The translations under genes and the position numbers were made by a program. The notes below the pieces were generated by a model. It worked only from the letters and a program-made list of their open reading frames with translations, ran no database searches and was not told where the DNA came from. DNA of 64,000 bases, taken from contig CAYRUZ010000004.1 of NCBI GenBank assembly GCA_964427895.1, forward strand, positions 16,648-80,647, in the 5' to 3' direction. Shown piece after piece: positions 34,840 to 45,270 of the stretch; position 1 is the first letter of the stretch, and the number at the start of each line of letters is the position of its first letter. This DNA is from an uncultured Candidatus Peribacteria bacterium (GTDB lineage: Bacteria; Patescibacteriota; Gracilibacteria; Peribacterales; Peribacteraceae).

Positions 34840-36375
34840 ATGCAACGCGGATACCGGGTCGGCTACGCGGCCATTGGCGGCATCATCGGCGGCTCCGCGG
34901 CACTGCACCTGCTGGCACCGACGCCAAGCACTGCATGGATGCTCATGATCGGAGGCGGATCCGTCGCGGTACTCGCCTCTTTCGTCACCCGCATGCGCAT
35001 CGGCCTCCCCGTGTGCATGGGACTGCTCACGGCCCTCGCCGCCTGGCACCTGCAGGACAAGGCCGACCTTAACCCTCCGCAGGACACCATTGGCATTCCG
35101 GTCATCGTGGAAGGGCGGATCATCGATGCACCCGACCGGCGGTTCGGAAAGACGGCGTACGTGGTGGAGAGTGACGCATTTCACGGTTATGTTCGGGTGG
35201 ATGCCGACAGCGAACCGCGGTTCAACGAAGGCGACGCCATACAAGTGGAGGGCGCGCTTCGGCGGCCGATGCCCGAGAGCTACCAGCGCTATCTCGCGTT
35301 GTCGAACATCGGCGTCATCCTGACGGCCGACCGTATCGACGTACTCACACCAAGGAGAACGACAAGCCTGACAACGGCTCTCCATGACCTGCGAGCGAAC
35401 CTGGAAGAACGGATCAACCGGATCTACCCCGAACCCCATGCGTCGCTGCTCGCCGGCCTCATACTCGGATCGCGGCGCGGAATGCCCAAGCACGTGGAGG
35501 ACGAGATCACGGCGGTCGGACTGACGCACATCGTCGCGGTCTCGGGGTACAATGTCACGCTCGTGGCGACGACGGTGTTCTGCCTGCTGTGCTGGGTGCC
35601 GCTGACGGTACGGATTCTCGTGTCTGCGGTCGGCATTGCCTTGTTCGCCATTCTCACCGGAGGCGGGGCACCAGTCGTCCGCGCGGCCGTCATGGGATGT
35701 CTCGGCTTGGCGGCCCTCCTCTTCAGCCGCAAAACCGACGTGCGGCTATCCATCCTCTGGACTCTGTGTGTCCTGGGACTCTGGCATCCCCTGCAGCCGT
35801 GGCACGACATGGGATTCCAGCTCTCGTTCCTCTCGGTCATCGGCCTGGCGGAGTTCGGCCACCTTGTGCAACCGCTGACCGCCTACCTCCCGAACACCGC
35901 GGGTCTACGCGAGCAGATGACGACCACCCTGTCGGCGCAGATCACCACCACGCCCTGGATCGCCTGGATGTTCGGGCGCGTGTCGCTCATTTCGCCGCTG
36001 GCGAACGTCCTCGTCGCGCCCGCGATCCCGCTAGCCATGTTCCTCGGCATGATCAGCCTGGCCCTCAATCTCTTCTCCCCATTTCTGGCCCGGCTCGTCG
36101 GCATGCTCACCTGGGCGGCGCTGGAGTGGATCCTCAAGACGGCCGAAATATTGGCGGCAGTCCCCTACGCGACCATCAACGTGCAGGCCGGACCATGGTT
36201 CATCGCCTGCTACTACGCGCTGCTCGTCGTGGTGTTCGTCCTGACTAAAACCGGTACCGGTAGAGCGTCTTCGTCCGACGCCACGCCCGCACCTGCACCG
36301 TCTCTTCGGGCTCAAGACCTGGCAGCGCGAATGCGTGCGTCACCACGATCGTCCCCGGCCGAAGCGTCCGCCTGA
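34840..36375 (+). CDS. comEC: ComEC/Rec2 DNA internalisation channel (no metallo-beta-lactamase domain)
   Basis: N-terminal OB-like segment, multi-TM competence domain (GLTHIVAVSGYNVTLV). Ends in a low-complexity tail. Confidence 0.8.
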   Translation: MQRGYRVGYAAIGGIIGGSAALHLLAPTPSTAWMLMIGGGSVAVLASFVTRMRIGLPVCMGLLTALAAWHLQDKADLNPPQDTIGIPVIVEGRIIDAPDRRFGKTAYVVESDAFHGYVRVDADSEPRFNEGDAIQVEGALRRPMPESYQRYLALSNIGVILTADRIDVLTPRRTTSLTTALHDLRANLEERINRIYPEPHASLLAGLILGSRRGMPKHVEDEITAVGLTHIVAVSGYNVTLVATTVFCLLCWVPLTVRILVSAVGIALFAILTGGGAPVVRAAVMGCLGLAALLFSRKTDVRLSILWTLCVLGLWHPLQPWHDMGFQLSFLSVIGLAEFGHLVQPLTAYLPNTAGLREQMTTTLSAQITTTPWIAWMFGRVSLISPLANVLVAPAIPLAMFLGMISLALNLFSPFLARLVGMLTWAALEWILKTAEILAAVPYATINVQAGPWFIACYYALLVVVFVLTKTGTGRASSSDATPAPAPSLRAQDLAARMRASPRSSPAEASA

Positions 36376-36754
36376 AGGACGGCAGGAGTTTGCTCATGAG
36401 CGGCGGCGTGAGATACAGGAAGATCACATCGGCGTCAGCGACGTCCATGGCCAGCGCGTTGTCGCGGGTCAGCCGCACGTATTGCCCCGACCACCAGATG
36501 CGCAACCGGCCCAAGAGCCAGATTGTCGGGACGATCTCGCACCCCTTGGCGACGATGCCGGGATACCGACGCTTCGCCTCGATGAGGAAACGCGCATCCC
36601 CCGCCCCGAGGTCGTAGATAACCTCCGCCCCCTTCAGTCGCGCCAGCGCGAACATCTGGTCCATGATCCGGGCGGGCGTCGGGACGTACGGGGCGCCGAC
36701 GAAGAAATGGGAGACGCCCGTCAGCAGGACGCCAAGTACCACGAGGAACGCCAA
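36245..36754 (-). CDS. class I SAM-dependent methyltransferase with N-terminal hydrophobic segment
   Basis: Motif I VIYDLGAGDARFLIEA. The TTG start is uncertain. Convergent 131-nt overlap with the comEC 3' end. Confidence 0.65.
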   Translation of the reverse strand: MAFLVVLGVLLTGVSHFFVGAPYVPTPARIMDQMFALARLKGAEVIYDLGAGDARFLIEAKRRYPGIVAKGCEIVPTIWLLGRLRIWWSGQYVRLTRDNALAMDVADADVIFLYLTPPLMSKLLPSFRRTLRPGTIVVTHAFALPGLEPEETVQVRAWRRTKTLYRYRF

Positions 36755-37055
36755 GCCAAGGATGAGATCGACGAGAAGGATGATGTCCCGAGGATACGCG
36801 AGCGCGCCTCAGCGCATAAGAGTGCACCTATCTTTCGAAGGCCAGCGGCATTACCGTGGCTGCCACCGGGACGGTAGTCGCCTGATGGTACTGGATGCGA
36901 TCATGAGCCACAGGAAAAGCGCGGAAAACATATACGCTAGAGAGGACGACTGGAGCGCCCGTTACTTACATCTCGGCGCTGGAATGCCCAAAACATGACG
37001 TAAAGAGGATTCCGTTGTGTCATATCGCCGGATGGATAGAGTGGGCAGGTTCACC

Positions 37056-38900
37056 ATGCACCCCATCAAGGAGTACTTCGTCATCGGGGATCTGCATACA
37101 GCGGCTCTGGTTTCGTCGAACGGCTCGATCGACTGGTTGTGCCTCCCTTACTTCGATTCGCCGAGCATTTTCGCCAAGATCCTCGACGATAAGATCGGGG
37201 GATCGTTCTCGATCACCGCCGAAGGTTTCGCGGCGGCGGCACGGTACGTCCCGGACACGCCGATCGTCGAAACGACGTTCGAGAAGGATGACGCCGCCTT
37301 CCTGGTGCGGGATTTCATGCTCCCGCGTCCGACGGAGGAAGTGGTTCCCCACTACCTGGTACGCACCATCGTGGGCAAAAAAGGGTCGGCAACGGTGAAA
37401 CTCACGTTCGATCCGCGGCCGAACTACGCGCAGCACAGAACCATGTTCCGGATGCAGAACGGCCAATACAGTCTGCCCATCGACGACAGGACCCTCTGGT
37501 TGCATCTGCCAAAGAACGACGGAACGACGACGAAAGTGACCCGCACGGGCATCGATATAACGGTCAACATCAAGGAAGGGCAGACGAAACAGATCATCGT
37601 GGAGTACTCGGTCGCCTCACGCATCGCTTTATTGGACCGAGACCTCGAGCAGGAGACGCGGTCGTTCTGGAAAGGATGGCTCGCGCAGGGCACATTCTTC
37701 GATTACAACCGCGATTACCTCATCCGCAGCGCAATCACCCTCAAATTGATGCAGTTCTATCCGACGGGAGGCATCATCGCCGCCCCGACGACCTCTCTTC
37801 CGGAGGAAATCGGAGGCGTGCGCAACTGGGACTACCGCTTCGTCTGGATGCGCGACGCCACCTTCACGCTCTACGCGCTGTTCGTCCTGGGATACACCGA
37901 CGAAGCGCGGAAATTCTTCCGGTTCATCGAGATGATCGCCGACCACGCCAAGCGCTTCGACGGCGACGACTACGACTTGGATCTGGGATTGATGTACACC
38001 ATCTGGGGACAACCCCTCCAGGGAGAGCATACCTTGGCGCACCTGTCGGGCTACGCCGGCAGCCAGCCCGTGCGCGTGGGCAACGGGGCGGCCGACCAGT
38101 TCCAGCTCGACATGTACGGATCGGTCATCGACGCCTACTACTTCATGAGCAAGCGCGGCCTGCCGATCTCCGAAGATGGCCGCGGGGTGGTCCGCATGCT
38201 CGTGCGGGGAATCGCCGCCAATTGGCAACGGAAGGACAGCGGCATTTGGGAGGTGCGCGGCGGCGACCAGGATTTCACGTACAGCAAGGTGATGGCGTGG
38301 ATGGGCGTTGAACGTGCCCTGCGCCTGGCGGACCAGCTGCAGCTGACCGACGCCGAGAAGGCCTCGTGGACGACGCTGAAGGAGGAGATAGAGAAGTGGA
38401 TTTGGGATCACTGCTGGGACAGCGAGCGAAAGACCTTCAAGCAACACGCAGGGACCGAGGCGCAGGACGCCACGAACTTCATGTTCGTCCTGCTCAACTT
38501 CATCAGCCGCCACGACGAACGCGCGAAGAAGATGATCGCCGAGACCCAGCGTGAGCTGACGAAGGAAGAATTGTACGTCTACCGCTACCTCGTCGATGAC
38601 GGCCTGTCCGGCGGCGAAGGCGCGTTCATCTTTTGTATGTTCTGGCAGATCGCCGCTCTGGCGGCGGTCGGGCGCGGACACGAAGCGGAAAAGCTGCTCA
38701 AGCGCGTGGAGGGATTCATGCCCGTCAGCGGACTGCTGGCGGAGGAAGTGGATCCCAAGACGGGCGACTACTTGGGCAACCACCCGCAGGCGTTCTCCCA
38801 CATCGGCTACATCCTCAGCGCGTACTACATCCACCGCTACATGGATAAATCGCCCCAGCCGGGCGAGGCGCTCACGGAACCGACCAAGAAGCAGGCCTAG
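37056..38900 (+). CDS. glycoside hydrolase family 15 (glucoamylase/trehalase-like)
   Basis: YFVIGDLHTAALVSSNGSIDWLCLPYFDSPSIFA, NWDYRFVWMRDA. Start could be 37017, 37032 or 37056. Confidence 0.85.
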   Translation: MHPIKEYFVIGDLHTAALVSSNGSIDWLCLPYFDSPSIFAKILDDKIGGSFSITAEGFAAAARYVPDTPIVETTFEKDDAAFLVRDFMLPRPTEEVVPHYLVRTIVGKKGSATVKLTFDPRPNYAQHRTMFRMQNGQYSLPIDDRTLWLHLPKNDGTTTKVTRTGIDITVNIKEGQTKQIIVEYSVASRIALLDRDLEQETRSFWKGWLAQGTFFDYNRDYLIRSAITLKLMQFYPTGGIIAAPTTSLPEEIGGVRNWDYRFVWMRDATFTLYALFVLGYTDEARKFFRFIEMIADHAKRFDGDDYDLDLGLMYTIWGQPLQGEHTLAHLSGYAGSQPVRVGNGAADQFQLDMYGSVIDAYYFMSKRGLPISEDGRGVVRMLVRGIAANWQRKDSGIWEVRGGDQDFTYSKVMAWMGVERALRLADQLQLTDAEKASWTTLKEEIEKWIWDHCWDSERKTFKQHAGTEAQDATNFMFVLLNFISRHDERAKKMIAETQRELTKEELYVYRYLVDDGLSGGEGAFIFCMFWQIAALAAVGRGHEAEKLLKRVEGFMPVSGLLAEEVDPKTGDYLGNHPQAFSHIGYILSAYYIHRYMDKSPQPGEALTEPTKKQA

Positions 38901-38922
38901 ATCCCGGAGAAATTCTGATACG

Positions 38923-39594
38923 ATGGCCCAGATGACCAACGAGTTAGTGATCTTCGATTTCGACGGCGTTCTCGTCGAGACCGAACAGACGACCTTCGAT
39001 TTCTACCAGGAAATCCTGCCGAGTTACGGATTGTGCCTGTCGAAAGACGCGTTCCGCTTCAAGGTCGGCCGTAAATCGATCGACTTCCTCCGCGACGCGC
39101 TGGGGGAAAAATTCAGCGAGGATCTCGCCGCCGTTCTCATCGAGGAGAAGCGTAAAGCCTTCCTCGCGGACGTGACGAAGTATCTCAAGCCGGTCGACGG
39201 CGCGTTCGACCTCCTGGAGCAGCTGAAGGACGACCGGATGAAGATGGTCATCGGATCGCAGAACGAAAAACCGCTTTTGGAGAAGGCCGTCGACGCATTC
39301 GGCATCCGCCACTACTTCGCGGCGGTACTGTCGCTCCAGGACATCACGAAAAAGAAGCCCGACCCCGAGATCGTGCGGCTCGCCGCAGCGAGAGCGGGAG
39401 TGGACACGAACCGCTCGGTCGTCATCGAGGATTCTCCCCACGGACTGGAAGCGGCCCATGCCGCCGACAGCGCATGCGTTGGAATCACGACATCGTTCAC
39501 GCGCGAACAGCTGTCCCCTCTTGCGGATCACGTCATCGATTCGATGCGCGAACTCAACCCGAGCTTCCTGCGGTCACTGCGCAGGCGCGCCTGA
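38923..39594 (+). CDS. HAD-IA hydrolase (beta-phosphoglucomutase/sugar-phosphatase-like)
   Basis: Motif I IFDFDGVLV, KKPDPEI, EDSPHG. Start ATG 38923 within track ORF 38596..39594. Confidence 0.85.
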   Translation: MAQMTNELVIFDFDGVLVETEQTTFDFYQEILPSYGLCLSKDAFRFKVGRKSIDFLRDALGEKFSEDLAAVLIEEKRKAFLADVTKYLKPVDGAFDLLEQLKDDRMKMVIGSQNEKPLLEKAVDAFGIRHYFAAVLSLQDITKKKPDPEIVRLAAARAGVDTNRSVVIEDSPHGLEAAHAADSACVGITTSFTREQLSPLADHVIDSMRELNPSFLRSLRRRA

Positions 39595-41040
39595 TCAGCG
39601 CGACGGGATCTTGCCGGGCAACTGCCGCAAGTGGAGCTCGCCATTTTGATCGAGGGAGTTGTCGATGACGGTCACCGGGCACCCGTCGATATAGGGTGAT
39701 CCCGCGCCGTACATGCGGTCTTCGTACCCTTGGGTCATGCCCCAGCGGCGGCGCGCCTCGCGCTCTCCGCGCTTTCGCTTGTCACGCTCGTAGACGCGCA
39801 TGTGGCGGACGGACTCGTGGGCATTCACGTACACCAACTCATCAACAAGCCCGCGCTTGGCAAGTTCCGGTACGCCCACACCTTCGATGAAGAAGACGTT
39901 CCCTTCTTCGGATGGTGCGGGCTGGACGTCCAGGACGCCGGACTTCTTATCCCGGTCTTGCTGGGTATAGACGCCTTCGATGTGCACAGGCCTGCCCGCG
40001 CTGAGTGCACGCAGCACCTGGTCGGCCTGATCGAAATCCCACCACAAGGCCTGGTCCTCGCGGCGCGTTCGCTCGTCAGGATCGATGCCCAACTCGTCGA
40101 GCCACTTGGCGCGGTCGGCCGAGGAAAGACGGAAGAAGGCATCCAATCCGATGGCGTGGCCGTTGAACTTGCGACAATTGAGGCCACTAAGCCTGTTCAT
40201 CTCCTCCACCAACAGCTTCGTAACGGTCGACTTGCCGGCTCCCGCGCGGCCGACGATGCCCACCACGCGGTTCTTGCCGGGCACGAAGAGCTTGTTTACG
40301 AGCGCCTGGATATCCACGGGCCGGTAGTTCGCGGCCTCTTCAAGCTCTGCCAAAACCGCGCCGATCTGCATCGGATCGCTGATGATAGCCGCCCCCATAC
40401 CGGCTTCTACCGCGGGGTACGCGTCTTTATCGGCCTCGTTGCCGATGGACATCATGGCCTGCGGATCGACGTCCAAATGCTCGGCAATCGATCGGAAGAA
40501 ATTCGGATCGGGCTTGCACACGTCCAGTGTGTCCACGGCGAACAGGCGCAGGCGGCGCTGCAGGATTTCACGGGAAACGCCGAGTGCGGTCAGTACCTTC
40601 TCCACTGCCCGCAGAGGCGAATTGCTGGCAACCGCAACGCGCTTGTAGCGCGCGAGAAGACCGTCGATCGTCTGCAGCAGATCTGCATTGGGCTGGAAAT
40701 ACTCATGAGGCTGGTAGCCTTCGCCGCGGCCCTCGTGCCATTCGCGTGTTCCCATGCCCAGATGTTGCAGTGTTTGAGTCAATCCTGCACGCCCGATTCC
40801 CAAAGAAGCCCCCAGCGCTTTGCGCTGATCGGTGATGAAGCGGTCAACCTGCGTATCCGGCACGCCATGCTTCTCCAGCAGGAACTTGGCGTAAATGCCA
40901 CGATCCACGGCTTGAGCATGGGCATGGTACTCGGGCTTCACGTAGAGCGTTCCGTCCATATCCAGAACGACCCCCTCGGGGCGCTGCATGGGATACGCGA
41001 CGATGTCCGGGCTGGAAGTGGAGACGGAGGCACTGTTCAT
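39595..41040 (-). CDS. fusion protein: N-terminal HAD hydrolase + C-terminal P-loop kinase (uridine kinase/PRK-like)
   Basis: LDMDGTLY, VASNSP, GNEADKD (HAD), then GIVGRAGAGKSTV Walker A. Alternative start at 40989. Confidence 0.7.
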   Translation of the reverse strand: MNSASVSTSSPDIVAYPMQRPEGVVLDMDGTLYVKPEYHAHAQAVDRGIYAKFLLEKHGVPDTQVDRFITDQRKALGASLGIGRAGLTQTLQHLGMGTREWHEGRGEGYQPHEYFQPNADLLQTIDGLLARYKRVAVASNSPLRAVEKVLTALGVSREILQRRLRLFAVDTLDVCKPDPNFFRSIAEHLDVDPQAMMSIGNEADKDAYPAVEAGMGAAIISDPMQIGAVLAELEEAANYRPVDIQALVNKLFVPGKNRVVGIVGRAGAGKSTVTKLLVEEMNRLSGLNCRKFNGHAIGLDAFFRLSSADRAKWLDELGIDPDERTRREDQALWWDFDQADQVLRALSAGRPVHIEGVYTQQDRDKKSGVLDVQPAPSEEGNVFFIEGVGVPELAKRGLVDELVYVNAHESVRHMRVYERDKRKRGEREARRRWGMTQGYEDRMYGAGSPYIDGCPVTVIDNSLDQNGELHLRQLPGKIPSR

Positions 41041-41333
41041 ACTGGGACGGGAAGTTGATGAGGAGGCGCCCAAGGATAGCGGATGGAGGGGGGAAAAGCC
41101 TGAGCAAAATGGCACGTCTTTTCCCGCGTCGGCAGGGGTATGGGCCACAGCAGTATGCGCAGGCGGGAGACGCCGTCGACGAGGAGGAAAGGGATGCGGC
41201 AGGCACAGCAAAAAAATGGCTTACCTAAGTCGTAAAAAAGGTGGGCCGAAATGGGCTTCCCCTCGGGGAGGAACCCGCTACTCTGAGCGCGATTTTCCCT
41301 TGCCTTAATAACTTTATACAATAATATTCTAAT

Positions 41334-42932
41334 ATGCGCAACTCCCCCTCTACGGACGCCGACAACAGAAGCATCGTCTTCACTCATCCGTTCGATAACG
41401 CCCGCGCGCTGTTGCAAGGAGAGAGCGGAGGAGGCATGGGAACGGTCTTCGCCCGCGAGAAGGCTCACCGCTCCAAACTGGTGCATGCACTCGGACAATC
41501 GGTGCAGGACCTGACGGTTCTCTCGATGGACAAGGAGCCCTTTGAACTCCGCGACCTGGGCATGCGCGTCCAGCCAGTCGGGGAATTCTCGGAAGGCACG
41601 AACATCGGTGATTTCTACTGGGACATCTACGACGACTACGACTGGAACCTCATCCTGCACCCCAACAGCGTGACGCTGCCGGGCCAGGATGCCGACTCCA
41701 TCGTCCGCCTCTTCAAAGTCCAGACGGACTCCCGCGCGGCGATCGGCTCCTTCGATTTCGCCCGCGACTACATCCTCCAGCACGGAGTGACGGCGAAGAA
41801 TCCGGGCGTGAAGCAGGAATTGGCCAAAAAGTTCGGCCCGCAGATCGAAGCGATCAAGCCGGGCTCGGTGGTGCACTGGTCGATGCACTCCATGCTCCGC
41901 GTGATGGGCCGGTATGCCGACGATCTGCGCGCCAAAGAGTGCTACCAGACCTACCACCACCACTTCCCGCTCGCCGACAACCTCATCCTTCATCCCGAAG
42001 GACAGACCGTCCTACGGACGATGTGCAAGATGGACGCCGTCTATTTCCACACGGAAGAAGACATCAGCAATTTCCTCCGTCAATGTCTGCAGTTGGGACT
42101 GACGCCTCCGAAGACGGTGTCCCGCTTCAAGCTCGGCATCGACAACGACACGATGGAAAGCGACGCACAACGCATCAACAAGGACACGTTCACCACGGAG
42201 ATCAAAAACTACGCCAATCTCCAGCCAGGGCAGAAGCGGTCCCTGGAGGCCATCGCGGAAGCCGAGACCCTGGAAATCCCCCATCAGTTCGTCTGCACGG
42301 ACCGCATCGACATGCACAAAGGTTCCGCGACCCTCATCAAGGGCGTGCGCCTCTTCCTGGAATCCCTCGGAAAGAATCCCTCGGACCTGGCGAAGGAATA
42401 CCGGTTCTTTTTCTTCCATGAACTGTTCGACATCGCCGACTACGCCGACCATCGGCTGCGCCACCAGTACATCCAGTACTGCAAGGAGCTGTACGACGCC
42501 CTGGAGCGCGATTTCCCGGGCGTGATCGTGGTCTCCCAGAGCATTCCCAAGGAAGCGATCCCCTGGGTGCTCCGCGGCAAAACGTACCTGAATGCATCGA
42601 ACCACGACGGCAAGAACCTGTCGTCCATGGAGGCAACCTTCATGGCCGCCAAGGACGATCGCGACAACACCGAAGGATTGCCCTATGCCGAAGGAGGCGT
42701 GATCGTGGGTGGAGGAACGGGATACGCGAAGATCGTGAAAGACATGATGATGACTGACCTCTTGCATGTCGTCCAACCCGGAAATCCGGAGAGCATCGCG
42801 CAAAACATCCACGCCGTCGTCCGGCTGAAGACGGAGTATCCCGGGCGCCTGCGCACCATGATGCGCGAGCTCAACGCCGAGGTCGTCATGAAGGAGTCGG
42901 ATACGGTGATGCCCGAGCCGGTCGACGCTTAA
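41334..42932 (+). CDS. divergent GT20-family glycosyltransferase (trehalose-6-phosphate synthase-like)
   Basis: OtsA-like pattern: SGGGMGT, YDDYDWNLILHP, TYHHHFPLADN..AVYFHTEEDISNFL, TDRIDMHKGS, NASNHDGKNLSSMEA. TAATAT-N6-ATG. Confidence 0.6.
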   Translation: MRNSPSTDADNRSIVFTHPFDNARALLQGESGGGMGTVFAREKAHRSKLVHALGQSVQDLTVLSMDKEPFELRDLGMRVQPVGEFSEGTNIGDFYWDIYDDYDWNLILHPNSVTLPGQDADSIVRLFKVQTDSRAAIGSFDFARDYILQHGVTAKNPGVKQELAKKFGPQIEAIKPGSVVHWSMHSMLRVMGRYADDLRAKECYQTYHHHFPLADNLILHPEGQTVLRTMCKMDAVYFHTEEDISNFLRQCLQLGLTPPKTVSRFKLGIDNDTMESDAQRINKDTFTTEIKNYANLQPGQKRSLEAIAEAETLEIPHQFVCTDRIDMHKGSATLIKGVRLFLESLGKNPSDLAKEYRFFFFHELFDIADYADHRLRHQYIQYCKELYDALERDFPGVIVVSQSIPKEAIPWVLRGKTYLNASNHDGKNLSSMEATFMAAKDDRDNTEGLPYAEGGVIVGGGTGYAKIVKDMMMTDLLHVVQPGNPESIAQNIHAVVRLKTEYPGRLRTMMRELNAEVVMKESDTVMPEPVDA

Positions 42933-45172
42933 AGCGGCTTCTTTATCACGACGGCCCCGTCCCACGTCAGTCGCATCGACTGGGCGGACGGATCGTCGAG
43001 GGACTCGCCGTCATCGCCGTACCAGAAACCCTCGGCCTTGCCGTCCGCATCGAGGTACACCTCGGTCTCCTCGGGGGCGGCGAAGGTTTCGGCCGCGTTC
43101 TTACCGACGCTGTTGCGCGTCAGGATGCTCCCGGCGCGGACATACATCGGCAGACTGGCGTCGGTGATGCGCACGGAGAGCCAGCGGCCGCCCTTCAGGC
43201 GCCGGTTGGGCTTGCCCAAGACATACCAATCGCCCGCAGGAAGGTAGACGAGCTTGCGCGTCTGTCCGCGCTCCATCACCGGTGCGGCGAGAATCTTTCC
43301 GAACAACAGCACGTGGTCGCGGGCCAGCTGGCCCTTGTCGTCGAAGACGGGCTGGAGCGGCGGAAGGCCGGTCTTTTGCGCGTGGACGAACCCCGAGTAC
43401 CACTCGCGCAGCAGCGAGTACCGCTGGATGATCGCCTTACGGATGAGTGCCGAGTAGCGGCGGCCGAAGACGTAGGGCTCTTTGTAGCGGGAGAAGAAAA
43501 TGCTGTGCCCGCGGAAGAACGGGAGAAGCGAGCCCAGCTGGAAGAAGCGCAGGGCAAGATCGTCGGGAGGATTGCCGTTGAAGCCGGGAATGTCGGCTCC
43601 GGTGTAGTGACATCCGGCGAGCGAATACTGCACGGCCGTATCCAATGCCCAGCGCATGTGTTCCCACCACGCATGGTTGTCGCCGTGCCAGATCACGGCG
43701 TTGCGCTGCAATCCGGGATAGCCGGAGCGTGAGATGACGAACGGGCGCTTGCCGGGACGGACTTTGCGAAGGCCATCCGCGCTGGCGCGAGCCATCGAGA
43801 AGCCGTAGAGGTTGTACGTAGGAATCACCGACCCCCTTTCGGTCACCGCGGTGGAGAGCTTGGGGTTGCCACCGTCGAACGTGGCGGGCTCGTTCATGTC
43901 GTTCCACACGCCGTCGAAGGGATTGGCATCGAGCCATTCCTTTTGCCTCTCACTCCACCACTCGCGCACCGCGGGATCTTCGAAGTCGGGCAGCAAGGCA
44001 GGCCCCGGCCAGCAGACGATGATGAAGTCGGAACCGTCGGGATTCTTCCAATATTTCCCCAGCTGCTTCAGGCCGTCGTAGGCGGCGTACCCGTCGTCCA
44101 CCTTCACGCCGGGATCCATGATGCCGACAGTGTGGAAACCGTCGTTGCGCAGCTGCGCGATGCATTGGGGGAGATCGGCGAAACGCTTGGGATCGGTCGT
44201 GAAGACGCGGAAGCCGTTCATGTAATCGATGTCGAAATACATGGCATCGCACGGGATGTCCTTTTTGCGCAGCGTGGCAGCGACGGACCGTACTTCGGTC
44301 GTGTTCATGTACGACCAGCGGCACTGCTGATAGCCGAAAGCCCAGGCCGGGGGCAGCAGCGGCTTGCCCAGAAGCGTATTCAGGCGAGCGCACAGTGCGG
44401 GGAGGGTGGCGGCATGCAGGACATACACCCGGGTGTTGCCCGTGACGGACTCGAACGTCACCCGGTCGGACCAGAATTCGCCAAGGTCAACGAACGTGCG
44501 ACAGGGATTATCGTGGAATACGCATACCCAACCCTCCCCCGTCGCATCGCGGTGGAAGAGGATGGGCCAACTCTGGTACAGAGGCTTTCGTGAGGGCAGA
44601 TGGTTGAAGTCGTCGGTGTTGTACAACTCGAAGCGGTAGCCGTTGCGGTTGATTTCGCCGCTCTGGCCAGGCAGACCGAGCACCACGCCTTCCGGGCGCG
44701 GGTAGGAGAACCGGACCATCTGCGAAGCGAAACTGAGTCCGCGCGTGATGAAGGCCGCGCGCTCTTTGAAATCCTCCACTTCGGTCGCCTGCAGATATTC
44801 GGATATCTCCACGGGCGTTTCGTGGCGGCTGAAGGGGCTGTTTGTGGTGCGGAAATACGTCTTCCCGTTCGTCGCCAGCGTCACTGTGCCGTCTGCGGCG
44901 ATATGGCACGTCTCGATTCCCGTGCTGATGCGCCAGCCATCGTCTTCGATGCATGCAAGTGGCAAGGCTTTGCATGACTCCTGCTCCCCGGTGAAGGGTT
45001 GCCGCCGCACGGCGGACGCTTCGTCATACCGCACCTCCAGCACCCAGCCGGCATCGGCGAAATACTGTACGTCGACGGGCACATTCGATGCGTCCAAGAG
45101 ACGCACGGCGTCCGAAGCGACTGAAGGCTGGTGCAGACCGGACAGTGCGGGACCCGGCTTGGGATAACTCAT
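42929..45172 (-). CDS. glycoside hydrolase family 31 alpha-glucosidase
   Basis: GVWNDMNEP catalytic signature, 747 aa. TAGAAT(45184-45179)-N6-ATG 45172. Confidence 0.9.
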   Translation of the reverse strand: MSYPKPGPALSGLHQPSVASDAVRLLDASNVPVDVQYFADAGWVLEVRYDEASAVRRQPFTGEQESCKALPLACIEDDGWRISTGIETCHIAADGTVTLATNGKTYFRTTNSPFSRHETPVEISEYLQATEVEDFKERAAFITRGLSFASQMVRFSYPRPEGVVLGLPGQSGEINRNGYRFELYNTDDFNHLPSRKPLYQSWPILFHRDATGEGWVCVFHDNPCRTFVDLGEFWSDRVTFESVTGNTRVYVLHAATLPALCARLNTLLGKPLLPPAWAFGYQQCRWSYMNTTEVRSVAATLRKKDIPCDAMYFDIDYMNGFRVFTTDPKRFADLPQCIAQLRNDGFHTVGIMDPGVKVDDGYAAYDGLKQLGKYWKNPDGSDFIIVCWPGPALLPDFEDPAVREWWSERQKEWLDANPFDGVWNDMNEPATFDGGNPKLSTAVTERGSVIPTYNLYGFSMARASADGLRKVRPGKRPFVISRSGYPGLQRNAVIWHGDNHAWWEHMRWALDTAVQYSLAGCHYTGADIPGFNGNPPDDLALRFFQLGSLLPFFRGHSIFFSRYKEPYVFGRRYSALIRKAIIQRYSLLREWYSGFVHAQKTGLPPLQPVFDDKGQLARDHVLLFGKILAAPVMERGQTRKLVYLPAGDWYVLGKPNRRLKGGRWLSVRITDASLPMYVRAGSILTRNSVGKNAAETFAAPEETEVYLDADGKAEGFWYGDDGESLDDPSAQSMRLTWDGAVVIKKPL

Positions 45173-45270
45173 GCCGCAATTCTAGCAGCAGAGGGACAGG
45201 CAGGAAGCGCAACGATTTTTCGCCACAAAGCACTAGCACACAGCGGACAAAACATTCACCATGCCGCGGT

